From Candidatus Parcubacteria bacterium (GTDB taxonomy: Bacteria > Patescibacteriota > Minisyncoccia > JACPXH01): a stretch of DNA of 52,776 bases. The stretch lies in assembly GCA_016196625.1 (NCBI GenBank), contig JACPXH010000017.1, positions 1 through 52,776 of the forward strand. Reading direction: 5' to 3'. The position numbers were made by a program, and so were the translations under genes. Positions 1 through 8,487 of this stretch are shown piece after piece (the first letter of the stretch is position 1; each line of letters begins with the position of its first letter). The notes under the pieces are model-generated. The model was given only the letters and a program-made list of their open reading frames with translations, searched no databases and was not told where the DNA came from.

Positions 1-1
1 T

Positions 2-139
2 ACCCCAAGCGCGCGAGCTCTCCGCGGGATCTGAGGCCGAGCGGGCACGGTGCCGAGCGGAGCGAGGCGAGCGAGGCCGAGGGCCAGCGAAAATCCTCGC
101 TGGGGATTTTCGCGAAGCGGGAGTTCGCGCGCTTGGGGT
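2..139. repeat. Long nested-hairpin intergenic element (copy A of 3)
   Basis: Perfect 15-bp outer inverted repeat ACCCCAAGCGCGCGA (2-16) / TCGCGCGCTTGGGGT (125-139). Inner 10-bp hairpin GCGAAAATCC (87-96) / GGATTTTCGC (104-113). 14-mer AGGCCGAGCGGGCA (34-47) recurs at 9786-9799. GAGCGAG-type blocks as in copies B and C. Confidence 0.55.
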
Positions 140-188
140 GAGACCGTAGTGCTTTTTCCTAAACAATGCACGTAAATCTTACATAGGC

Positions 189-2495
189 ATGGTCGATACG
201 CAATTGACGGCGCAAAGAACTGGCGTGTCTCCCGCGGGCCAGCGCGGGCGAATTTTACTTTGGTTGCTGTGGATACTCTTTGCCGGCATGCTGGCCACAC
301 CGCTCTACGTCAACTCAAAGTTCTTTTTCCCATTCATCACTTCAAAAGCCCTGGCCTTTCGGCTCCTCGTTGAGGCGGCGGTGGTGCTCTATATACTTTT
401 GGCCCTCCGCGTCCCTGATGTTCGGCCGCGGCTCACGCTGGTGCACTGGGCGGTGCTTGGGTATTGGGGCGTTCAAGTGCTCGCGAGTCTCCTCGGGGTA
501 AACCTCTACCGGAGTTTCTGGGGCAATGCCGAACGCAGCGAGGGGCTCCTCGCGCTAAGCCATTTGGTGGCCTACTTTTTTATATTGAGTTTTACGCTGC
601 GGTCGTGGCGCGACTGGCGCAGACTTATGTTGGTTTCGCTGGGTGTGTCGGTGCTCACCGGCATCTACGGCTTGGCGCAACTCACCGGCCAGGAGACACT
701 TTTTGGTTTCATTCGTATTCTCGGGTCCGGCCGCATTGCCTCCACCATTGGTAACGCGAGCTTCTTTGCCGGGTATTTGTTGCTTCACGTGCTGCTGGCA
801 GCGGTCGTGTTTGCGCGCGAAGCGAACTGGGGCTGGAAAGTTGCCGTGGCTGGGGCCGGTCTCTTTGATCTGCTCATCTTGTTTGCCACGGAGACACGCG
901 GGGCCGTCTTGGGGCTGGTGGTGGGACTCGCGGTAGTGGGCGCGTGGCTGGTTATTTCAGTACCGTCACGGAAAGTTCGCCTGTCCCTGTCGGCAGCAGC
1001 TTTAGTGTTCGTGCTGGCTGCGGTTTTTGTGTTTGTAAACCGTGAGGCTGACTGGGTAGAGGCGAATGGCACGCTCCGGCGGCTCGCCACCATTTCAGCC
1101 GCGGACATTACCACGCAGTCCCGCCTGGCGGCCTGGCGAGCTTCGTGGGCGGCGTGGCGGGAGCGGTTTTTCCTCGGGTGGGGCTATGAAAATTACAACG
1201 TAGCCTTCAACAAGCACTTCCCCGGGGTCATCTACCGCGACGAAGGGTCGCAGGTGTGGTTTGATCGGGCGCACAACATAGTTTTTGACGTTGGTGTTAC
1301 GAGTGGGCTCGTGGGGTTGGCGGCATACGCAAGCATTTTTGCGGCGGCGTTCACGGTTCTGCGCCGTTGGGGACGGCAGACGCCACGGGGGCGAATTCTC
1401 GGCATCGTTCTCGTCGGTGGCCTTACGGCGTACGTGTTCCAGAACCTGTTTGTGTTTGATACTTTGGGCACTTACCTTTTGTTTTTTGCGCTTCTGGCCC
1501 TTGTGGCAAGTGGCGGGCACGAGTCAGCAGCTCAAGAAAACACACCGGCCAAAGTTTATTCCGTGGGCACGACCGGGGTGGCTACGGCGGTGGTGGCGGT
1601 TGGCATGGTGGTGGCGGCTTACTTTTTTAACCTCCGGCCGGCTCTGGCCAACCGCGCCGTGGCCGAAGCCGGAGTGATCGCGCGTTCCGGTGATTTAACC
1701 GAGGCGGTCTCGGCGATCGAACGATCGCTGGACCTCGGCACCTACATGCGTTTTGAAGCCCGACAGAAGTTCGCCGAACTCGTCCAGAGCGCCCAACGCA
1801 GCCCCGACCTCCCCCGCGATACGAAACTTACCCTGTTTCAACGAGCAGAAGACGAACTCAAGCGCAGCGTGGCTGAAGAGCCACAAGACGTGTTCCACTT
1901 GGTGTATCTGCTCACGCTGTATAACTCGAGCGATGAGGTTGACCCGGCCGCGCTCGATCGGCTTGCGCAAGTGTTTGAGGGGGCCGTTCAGCTTTCTCCG
2001 GGCCGGGCCGCACTCTATTACGAATTGGGTCAGGCCAAGATGAGTCAACGCAAGTTCGACGAGGGGATTGCGGCGTTTCGCCGAGCCGTGGAGTTGGCGC
2101 CCAACGTGATGGAGGCGCACTGGAATTTTGGCGCAGCACTCACGGTGGCCGGCCGCGACGCCGAGGGGCAGGTTGAATTTCAAAAAGCAGCCGAGCTCGG
2201 GCTCAATTTAAATTCTCTGCGGCACTTGAAGCGCATCGTGCGCGTCTATAACGCCCGGCGCGATTTTGCGAATTTGGCGAAGACCTACGAGGCGATTGTC
2301 GTGTTGGAGCCGTCAGCCCAGACGTACGCGTCGCTGGCCGCAACGTACATGGAATTGGGAGAGAAAGACAAAGCGATTGCGGCGGTCAATCATGCGGTTG
2401 AACTCGACGGCAGTTTCGGCCCGGAAGCCGAAGCATTTCTTGAATCGCTCCAAAAGATAAAAAATACGCCCGGTCAAAGGCAGGGGTTGCGATGA
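189..2495 (+). CDS. O-antigen ligase-like (Wzy_C-type) polytopic membrane protein with C-terminal TPR repeats
   Basis: 768-aa ORF. N-terminal about 480 aa are multi-TM with ligase/polymerase-like segments (ETRGAVLGLVVG, FDRAHNIVFDVGVTSGLVGL). C-terminal about 280 aa are soluble with TPR-like repeats (e.g. AALYYELGQAKMSQRKFDEGIAAFRRAVELAPN, YASLAATYMELGEKDKAIAAVNHAVELD). Confidence 0.75.
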   Translation: MVDTQLTAQRTGVSPAGQRGRILLWLLWILFAGMLATPLYVNSKFFFPFITSKALAFRLLVEAAVVLYILLALRVPDVRPRLTLVHWAVLGYWGVQVLASLLGVNLYRSFWGNAERSEGLLALSHLVAYFFILSFTLRSWRDWRRLMLVSLGVSVLTGIYGLAQLTGQETLFGFIRILGSGRIASTIGNASFFAGYLLLHVLLAAVVFAREANWGWKVAVAGAGLFDLLILFATETRGAVLGLVVGLAVVGAWLVISVPSRKVRLSLSAAALVFVLAAVFVFVNREADWVEANGTLRRLATISAADITTQSRLAAWRASWAAWRERFFLGWGYENYNVAFNKHFPGVIYRDEGSQVWFDRAHNIVFDVGVTSGLVGLAAYASIFAAAFTVLRRWGRQTPRGRILGIVLVGGLTAYVFQNLFVFDTLGTYLLFFALLALVASGGHESAAQENTPAKVYSVGTTGVATAVVAVGMVVAAYFFNLRPALANRAVAEAGVIARSGDLTEAVSAIERSLDLGTYMRFEARQKFAELVQSAQRSPDLPRDTKLTLFQRAEDELKRSVAEEPQDVFHLVYLLTLYNSSDEVDPAALDRLAQVFEGAVQLSPGRAALYYELGQAKMSQRKFDEGIAAFRRAVELAPNVMEAHWNFGAALTVAGRDAEGQVEFQKAAELGLNLNSLRHLKRIVRVYNARRDFANLAKTYEAIVVLEPSAQTYASLAATYMELGEKDKAIAAVNHAVELDGSFGPEAEAFLESLQKIKNTPGQRQGLR

Positions 2496-2499
2496 CGTA

Positions 2500-2527
2500 T
2501 CATCTCGCGGCGGTCGCCGCAAGATGA
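2500..2527. terminator. GC-rich hairpin between convergent genes (putative bidirectional terminator)
   Basis: TCATCTCGCGGCG-GT-CGCCGCAAGATGA: 13-bp stem with one C/A mismatch, lying exactly between stop 2495 (+) and stop 2534 (-). No clear T-tract. Confidence 0.45.
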
Positions 2528-2533
2528 CGCGTA

Positions 2534-3685
2534 TCAACCGCGGTACACCGCCGTCGTTTCCCGTACCATTCGCTCGAGGGTGAAGTCGCGGCGGACTATT
2601 TCTTGGGTGCGCTTGGCCGTTGCGGCGGTTTCGGCCGGGTGCGCGAGGGCGTGGGCGATGGCGCCTGCGAGCGCAGCCGGGTTCGCTGTCGGCACGAGTG
2701 GGCCGCCGTCGGGCGAGAGCATCTCCGGGATGCCGCCTACGCGAGTTGCAACGATCGGCACTTCGGCGGCCATGGCTTCGAGGATAACGTAGGGCCAGCC
2801 TTCTTTGACTGATGGCAGTACGAACAAGTCGAACGCCTTGAGGTATTGGGTGGCGTTAGGGAGGGCGCCTGCGAGGATAACCGTGTCCGCGAGTTTATTT
2901 CGTTCGATGAGCGATTCGAGATGCGGGCGTTGGCTGCCGTCGCCGATGATTACGCCTGCGATGTCGGGATGAGTACGGCGAACCTCGAAGAGCGCGGCCA
3001 ATAGGTACGGGAGGCCTTTGGTGGGGTAGAAATTGGCGATCGTGCCGATGGTGCGCTCGGGCAATGCGTGGCCGACTTTTTGTTCGAGTGCTCCGCGCGC
3101 GGCGGTGCGATCCAAGAATTCTAGAGTGCCGATGCCGTTTGGGATGTGCACGATGCGTTCCGGCCGAGCGAGGCGCTCTCCAATCGCGCTTTCGCGGTCA
3201 GCGTTTGAGACCGTGATGATGGCGTCGCGGAACGGACGCGCGAGCTGTTCGAGCAGGCGGTAAAACATTTTTTGCCAATGCGGCAATGGTTCGTGGAACA
3301 CGAGTCCGTGAGCAGTGAACACCGTTTTGGGCACCCGCGTCATTTTGGCGGCGAGCCCGCCGAGGATGCCTACTTTTGAGCTGTTCAGATGTACTACATC
3401 CGGCCGCTCTGTGCGCAAAAGCGCAAAAAGTTCAAAAAATCCGGCACTGTCGCGTAGGGGATTGATGGCGCGACCAACCGACGCAAGTACATGTGTTCGT
3501 ATGCCTCGTTTACGCGCGCGGGCGATAAGATCGTCTCCGACTTGAACAGTAGCATCCTCGCCGCAGGCAATTGCTGTCTCGTACTGGTCTTTTGGCAGAT
3601 TGGACGCCAAATCCAAGACGTAGCGTTGCGCCCCGCCAAACTCGGATTGGGTGACGACGTAGAGGACTTTTGTTCTATTCGGCAT
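2534..3685 (-). CDS. GT4-family (GT-B fold) glycosyltransferase
   Basis: 383-aa ORF. N-terminus KVLYVVTQSEFGGAQRYVLDL. C-terminal E-x7-E motif EGWPYVILEAMAAEVPIVATRVGGIPE, typical of retaining GT4 enzymes. Confidence 0.85.
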   Translation of the reverse strand: MPNRTKVLYVVTQSEFGGAQRYVLDLASNLPKDQYETAIACGEDATVQVGDDLIARARKRGIRTHVLASVGRAINPLRDSAGFFELFALLRTERPDVVHLNSSKVGILGGLAAKMTRVPKTVFTAHGLVFHEPLPHWQKMFYRLLEQLARPFRDAIITVSNADRESAIGERLARPERIVHIPNGIGTLEFLDRTAARGALEQKVGHALPERTIGTIANFYPTKGLPYLLAALFEVRRTHPDIAGVIIGDGSQRPHLESLIERNKLADTVILAGALPNATQYLKAFDLFVLPSVKEGWPYVILEAMAAEVPIVATRVGGIPEMLSPDGGPLVPTANPAALAGAIAHALAHPAETAATAKRTQEIVRRDFTLERMVRETTAVYRG

Positions 3686-3695
3686 GAGCGCTCAC

Positions 3696-3723
3696 ACTGT
3701 AGCACCACTTGACGAAAAGTCAA
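3696..3723 (-). promoter_or_regulatory. Sigma70-like promoter for the minus-strand GT4 gene
   Basis: On the minus strand: TTGACT (3723-3718), 16-nt spacer, TACAGT (3701-3696), then 10 nt to ATG at 3685. This implies a very short or absent leader. Confidence 0.4.
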
Positions 3724-3791
3724 TAATTTGATAGGGGTGTATTGGGTGCGTTCTTTGCAGTTACGGTGATCGTAAAATGGGAGGGTGTTTC

Positions 3792-4412
3792 ATGGTGAAT
3801 GAGCCCTTGACGATCGGGGTAGCAATCCAGCCGGATGTACTCACATCCCATTGGGCCGTTTCAGCGAGCATGGAATTGGGGCGGCGGCTACCGCTTCGAT
3901 TCACGCTCGGGTTTGAGCGGTACCCGCCCCATATAACGCTCTACCAGGCAAGTTTCCGGTTGGACCCGGGGTCGCTTGGGTCGCACCTTCAGAAAATCGA
4001 ATGGTGGCCGGCATACTCAGTTGCCGTATCTGGTTTGGAGATTTTTGCGGAGTCCTTCATCTTCGCAGATCTTCAGTCGTCGCCAGAACTCATGGCGATG
4101 CATCAATCGGTGGTTTGTGCACTTGCGCCGCATCGCGCGCAAGACGAAGCGCCAGCAGCCCGGCAGAGCCTGACGGGGCTCTCCATCCGCGAAACGGAAA
4201 ACATAAAGCAGTTTGGTTATCCATTCTGCGGGGATGCGTTCTGGCCTCATATTACGCTCGGTCGGACGGTATCCCGAGTCGGGCGCGGGGAACTGGACGC
4301 GATCCTCGCTGGTTGCCCCCCGCCTCGTGAGACGACTTTCCAACGGCTCATGCTGTACGTTGGTGGACCCGATGGGCAGTGCGACCGCATCGTTGCCAAA
4401 AGGGAATTCTGA
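3792..4412 (+). CDS. 2H phosphoesterase superfamily protein (LigT / cyclic phosphodiesterase-like)
   Basis: Two H-x-T-x motifs (PPHITLYQ and WPHITLGR) about 100 aa apart. Start placed at ATG 3792, preceded by GGGAGGG. ATG 3777 is an alternative start. Confidence 0.6.
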   Translation: MVNEPLTIGVAIQPDVLTSHWAVSASMELGRRLPLRFTLGFERYPPHITLYQASFRLDPGSLGSHLQKIEWWPAYSVAVSGLEIFAESFIFADLQSSPELMAMHQSVVCALAPHRAQDEAPAARQSLTGLSIRETENIKQFGYPFCGDAFWPHITLGRTVSRVGRGELDAILAGCPPPRETTFQRLMLYVGGPDGQCDRIVAKREF

Positions 4413-4432
4413 ACAGAGAGGAGGTGAGAAAG

Positions 4433-5014
4433 ATGCGGGTGATTCGTAGGGGCATGGAAGAGATCGCCGTGATCGACCCGCGGAAGAAGTATGGTGAGTC
4501 TGGGCAGTACGTGTCTTACGAATGCACCAAGAAGGACTCGAAACTCAACATCGTCAGGATCCTCGCGGCCGCCAGGGCAGAACGCATGGAAATCCGGTAC
4601 TACTACCGGAAGATGACGAGCATGGCCGGTGAGTCAGTGCCGGTCAAGGTCATCATCACCGAGATCCCGCCCGGGCACGTGCAGCCCTTCCACACACACC
4701 TTCTCATCCATGAGGTCACGCATGTGGATGAAGGCGAACTCATCGCCATCGAAAGCGCGGATCTCACCGAGGAGGACTGGGCGCTGATCGTGACACAAGG
4801 CGAGGTCCTTAATCCAGGCGACACCGTGCTCGAGGAGCCCGGAGTGCGGCATACCGTGATGAACCGCGACCCAGAGCGGTACTGTATCATCACGACGGTA
4901 CAAGCTGATCGTACGATCTCGTCCGAGCAGTTCAAGTCGGACTGGGTTCGGGAGGAGCCGCAAGCGAAGGAGGCAGGAGAAGTTCCGGTGGTTCGGGCCC
5001 GAGAAACGGTCTAG
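4433..5014 (+). CDS. Metal-binding cupin domain protein
   Basis: Cupin motif 1 is GHVQPFHTHLLIHEVTHVDEG (G-x5-H-x-H-x4-E-x6-G). Motif 2 is GDTVLEEPGVRHTVMN. Start ATG 4433 is preceded by GAGAGGAGGTGA. The ORF-track start 4379 overlaps the upstream gene. Confidence 0.7.
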   Translation: MRVIRRGMEEIAVIDPRKKYGESGQYVSYECTKKDSKLNIVRILAAARAERMEIRYYYRKMTSMAGESVPVKVIITEIPPGHVQPFHTHLLIHEVTHVDEGELIAIESADLTEEDWALIVTQGEVLNPGDTVLEEPGVRHTVMNRDPERYCIITTVQADRTISSEQFKSDWVREEPQAKEAGEVPVVRARETV

Positions 5015-5105
5015 CGGAGGGAGGTTTTCAGGAGGCGCAGTCCGCGTGATGCGGGCTGCGCTTTTCCCTTTTCGTGGTCTCGCGAATTGAATGATGACGT
5101 GATGA

Positions 5106-5135
5106 TTGACTTTTTGGCTTTCAGATGTCTACAAT
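5106..5135 (+). promoter_or_regulatory. Sigma70-like promoter heading the long + strand gene array (leaderless-type)
   Basis: TTGACT (5106-5111), 18-nt spacer, TACAAT (5130-5135), then 8 nt to ATG 5144. No Shine-Dalgarno sequence fits in between. Confidence 0.5.
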
Positions 5136-5143
5136 AGTTGAGC

Positions 5144-7321
5144 ATGGTGGTTGATGAAAAACGAAAGCCAAAGCGCATTTTAGTAACCGGCGGAGCCGGT
5201 TTTATTGGGTCAAATCTATGCGAATACCTCGTGGGTCGAGGAAATTTTGTGATTTGTCTGGACAACTTTTTTACGGGTTCCCGGCGTAACATTGAACAGT
5301 TGCTCGACTCACCTCGATTCCGCCTTTTCGAATACGATATTGTCAAACCCTTTGACATCTCCGGCCCCATTGACGAGATATACCATCTGGCTTGTCCGGC
5401 AGCCCCGCTCCACTACCAGTTCGATCCGGTCGAAACCATGCGGATCAACGTGGTTGGAACCTTCAACGTGCTCGAACTCGCGCGCGCCAAACGCGCCAAG
5501 GTACTCTTCGCTTCCACCTCCGAAATCTACGGCAATCCCACGGTCCACCCGCAGCCGGAAACGTACGCGGGCAATGTGAACCCCACTTCACGCCGGTCCT
5601 GCTATACCGAGGGCAAGCGCGCGGCTGAAACGCTAGTCATGGATTATCACCGTGAGTATGGCGTGCCTGTGCGCATTGTGCGAATTTTCAACACGTACGG
5701 TCCGCGCATGTCGCTCACCGACGGTCGGGCCGTACCGAATTTCTTTGTACAGTCTCAACGCAACGAGGCGCTGACCGTTTGGGGGGACGGCACGCAGACG
5801 CGCAGTTTCATGTACATTTCGGATTTACTGAAGGGTTTGGTAACACTGATGGAGCAGGAGGAACTGTTGGGGCCGGTCAACATTGGCAACCCCGACGAAT
5901 ATACGATTCTGCAGTTTATTGATGAGATCCGTGCGGCCGTGGGTTCTACCAGCGAAGTGAAATTCGTCCGCCCCTTGCCCGAAGGCGACCCGGAGCGGCG
6001 CAAGCCGGATATCACTTTGGCGAAAGAGAAACTTGGTTGGGAACCGGAGGTCTCGCTCAAAGACGGGCTCGCACGCACCATTCCCTACGTGCGCGAACAC
6101 CTGGGACGTATGCGCCGCGTGCTCATTTTTTCGGTCGCGTACTTTCCCTTTGTGGGCGGGGCAGAGGTGGCGGTTAAAGAAATCACGAGCCGCATCCCGG
6201 ATTGGCACTTTGACTTACTCACTGTTGATCTCGCTGGCAACTTGCCCCGGGTTGAGCAGATGGGTAACGTGACAATTCACCGGCTGCGCATGGGTGGCCT
6301 CGCGCGGCTCTTTGCGGGTTCTCACCGGGGCAAACGCGCGCTCAAATACTTCTATCCCGTCTTCGCGCTTTTCAAAGCGCACCGGCTCCACCGGCACAAT
6401 CCCTACCAGGCGGTTCACGCCATCATGGCGAATTACGCCGGTTTCGCCGCGCTCTTTTTCAAGTGGCTGCACCCGATTATTCCCTTCCTGCTGACCCTGC
6501 AGGAAGGCGATCCCATCGACTACATCAAGCGCCGCGTGCGGCTGTTTGTCGTGACCCCATTGCTGTTTAGACAGATTTTTCTTAAGGCAAGTTACGTGCA
6601 GTCCATCTCCAAGTACCTCGCCAAGTTCGCGCAAGGCATGGGCTATCGCGGTCCGATCGAGGTAATTCCAAACGGCGTTGATGTGGCGCATTTCATGAGG
6701 GAGGTTCAGGCGGCAGATCTTAAGGCGCTCCGTGAGAAACTGGGGCTGAAACCCGAGGATACCGTTGTGATCACCACTTCCCGCCTTGTGCTCAAAAACG
6801 GGGTGGACGACCTCATTAAAGGCGTGGCGCAGGTACGTCGCCCCGTGAGCGCCGAGGCTCGGCAAAGCCGGCCGGTCAAGCTCCTAATTTTGGGAACGGG
6901 ACAGGACGAGCCAATGTTGCGAGCGCTTGCCAAAGACCTGGGAGTGCAGGATCAAGTTTTGTTCTTGGGTCAGATTGTCCACGCAGAGCTGCCGAACTAT
7001 TTAAAAATTTCAGATATCTTCTGTCGTCCGTCGCTGTCTGAGGGGTTGGGCAATTCGTTCCTTGAGGCCATGGCCGCCGGTGTGCCCATTATCGGAACAC
7101 CTGTTGGTGGGATTGTGGATTTCTTGGAGGATCGCACAACCGGGTTATTGTGCGAGGTGCGCAGCCCCGCAAGCATTGCGAAAGCCATCGAGACGTATCT
7201 AGCGAATGACGAGCTGCGCCGCGCGATTATTGAAAAAGGCCGGGCACTGGTCGTGAGCCACTACGACTGGGTCCAGATTGCACAGCGCATGCATACCATC
7301 TACGAACGGCTGCTCGCGTAG
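5144..7321 (+). CDS. Fusion protein: UDP-glucuronate decarboxylase (UXS-type extended SDR) :: GT4 glycosyltransferase
   Basis: N-terminal about 322 aa carry RILVTGGAGFIGSNL, the UXS signature LDNFFTG, and YTEGKRAAE (YxxxK). From the in-frame ATG 6110 (MRRVLIFSVAYFPFVGGAEV) a 403-aa GT4 domain follows, with SEGLGNSFLEAMAAGVPIIGTPVGG. No stop codon lies between the two halves. Confidence 0.85.
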   Translation: MVVDEKRKPKRILVTGGAGFIGSNLCEYLVGRGNFVICLDNFFTGSRRNIEQLLDSPRFRLFEYDIVKPFDISGPIDEIYHLACPAAPLHYQFDPVETMRINVVGTFNVLELARAKRAKVLFASTSEIYGNPTVHPQPETYAGNVNPTSRRSCYTEGKRAAETLVMDYHREYGVPVRIVRIFNTYGPRMSLTDGRAVPNFFVQSQRNEALTVWGDGTQTRSFMYISDLLKGLVTLMEQEELLGPVNIGNPDEYTILQFIDEIRAAVGSTSEVKFVRPLPEGDPERRKPDITLAKEKLGWEPEVSLKDGLARTIPYVREHLGRMRRVLIFSVAYFPFVGGAEVAVKEITSRIPDWHFDLLTVDLAGNLPRVEQMGNVTIHRLRMGGLARLFAGSHRGKRALKYFYPVFALFKAHRLHRHNPYQAVHAIMANYAGFAALFFKWLHPIIPFLLTLQEGDPIDYIKRRVRLFVVTPLLFRQIFLKASYVQSISKYLAKFAQGMGYRGPIEVIPNGVDVAHFMREVQAADLKALREKLGLKPEDTVVITTSRLVLKNGVDDLIKGVAQVRRPVSAEARQSRPVKLLILGTGQDEPMLRALAKDLGVQDQVLFLGQIVHAELPNYLKISDIFCRPSLSEGLGNSFLEAMAAGVPIIGTPVGGIVDFLEDRTTGLLCEVRSPASIAKAIETYLANDELRRAIIEKGRALVVSHYDWVQIAQRMHTIYERLLA

Positions 7322-7323
7322 CT

Positions 7324-8487
7324 ATGCGCATCCTCATCGCCGCTGAAATTTTTCCGCCCGATATCGGCGGGCCGGCGAGCTACTCGGAGGCACTCGCCGA
7401 GGCGTTGCAGGCGAGGGGGTTTGAGGTTGCCGTCGTCTGCTACAGCGACCGTCCCGACGGTCCGGCCCAGCCCTTTCCGGTGCACCGCATTGTCCGCGGC
7501 GGCAAGTTCCGGCACTACCGCGCCTACGCGAAGGCTCTGGGTCGCGCTGCGGCAGGTGCTCAAGTTATTTACGCTCAGGGGCCGATTGGCTCGGGCCTAC
7601 CCGCTTGGTGGGTTAGCCGAAAGACCGGCGTGCCGTATGTCGTCAAAGTGGTGGGGGATTACGCGTGGGAGGCGTACCAGAACACGGGCGAAACCGCTCA
7701 GCGGGGCGGTCTCCACGGCATTGACGAGTTCCAGCGCCGGAGTGTAGGCGGTTTACGGGTAAGGCTGCTTCGCTTCTTTGAGCGGCTGGTCGCGCGTAGC
7801 GCGAGCCGCGTCATCGTGCCGAGCCACTACCTTGCCCGTATCGTTGCGGGCTGGGGAGTCGAGCCGGAGCGAATTTCGTTGGTTTATAATGGGTTTGAGG
7901 CGCCGGCTGTTCCCGAGCGCGGCGTCGCACGCCGTGAGCTTGGGGTTTCTGGGCAGATGGTTATTTCGGTGGGGCGGCTTGTGCCGTGGAAAGGGTTCGA
8001 CGTGCTCCTGACGGCACTGGCGCAGCTCGCCGGGGTTCAGCTGATTATCATTGGCGACGGGTCTGACCGTACGCGGCTCGAACGGATCGCGGATGAGCGC
8101 GGCGTTGCCGAGCGCGTCCGGTTTGTCGGTCGGTTGCCCCGCGAGCGCGTGCTCGCGCGCCTCGCGGCAGCGGATGTATTCGCGTTGCTCTCCGCATATG
8201 AGGGATTGCCGCACACGGTGCTTGAGGCTATGTCTGCGAGGACGCCGGTTATCGTCTCCGCAGCCGGCGGCAACCGTGAGGTCGTGGAAGACGGCGTGAA
8301 TGGTCTAGTGGTTGAGCCGACACCTGCGGCCGCGGCAGAGGCGATTTCCCGGCTCTTGGCCGACCCCGCGTTGCGCGAACGGCTGGCCGCAAACGCGTTT
8401 GCGGGTCTAGAGCGGTTTTCGTTTGAGCGGATGATTGAGGAAACGGTTGGTGTCTTGGAAAAAGTTCAAATGTCAAAGCCCAAATGA
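7324..8487 (+). CDS. GT4-family glycosyltransferase
   Basis: 387 aa. MRILIAAEIFPPDIGGPASY N-terminus. YEGLPHTVLEAMSARTPVIVSAAGGNREVV E-x7-E motif. Confidence 0.85.
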   Translation: MRILIAAEIFPPDIGGPASYSEALAEALQARGFEVAVVCYSDRPDGPAQPFPVHRIVRGGKFRHYRAYAKALGRAAAGAQVIYAQGPIGSGLPAWWVSRKTGVPYVVKVVGDYAWEAYQNTGETAQRGGLHGIDEFQRRSVGGLRVRLLRFFERLVARSASRVIVPSHYLARIVAGWGVEPERISLVYNGFEAPAVPERGVARRELGVSGQMVISVGRLVPWKGFDVLLTALAQLAGVQLIIIGDGSDRTRLERIADERGVAERVRFVGRLPRERVLARLAAADVFALLSAYEGLPHTVLEAMSARTPVIVSAAGGNREVVEDGVNGLVVEPTPAAAAEAISRLLADPALRERLAANAFAGLERFSFERMIEETVGVLEKVQMSKPK

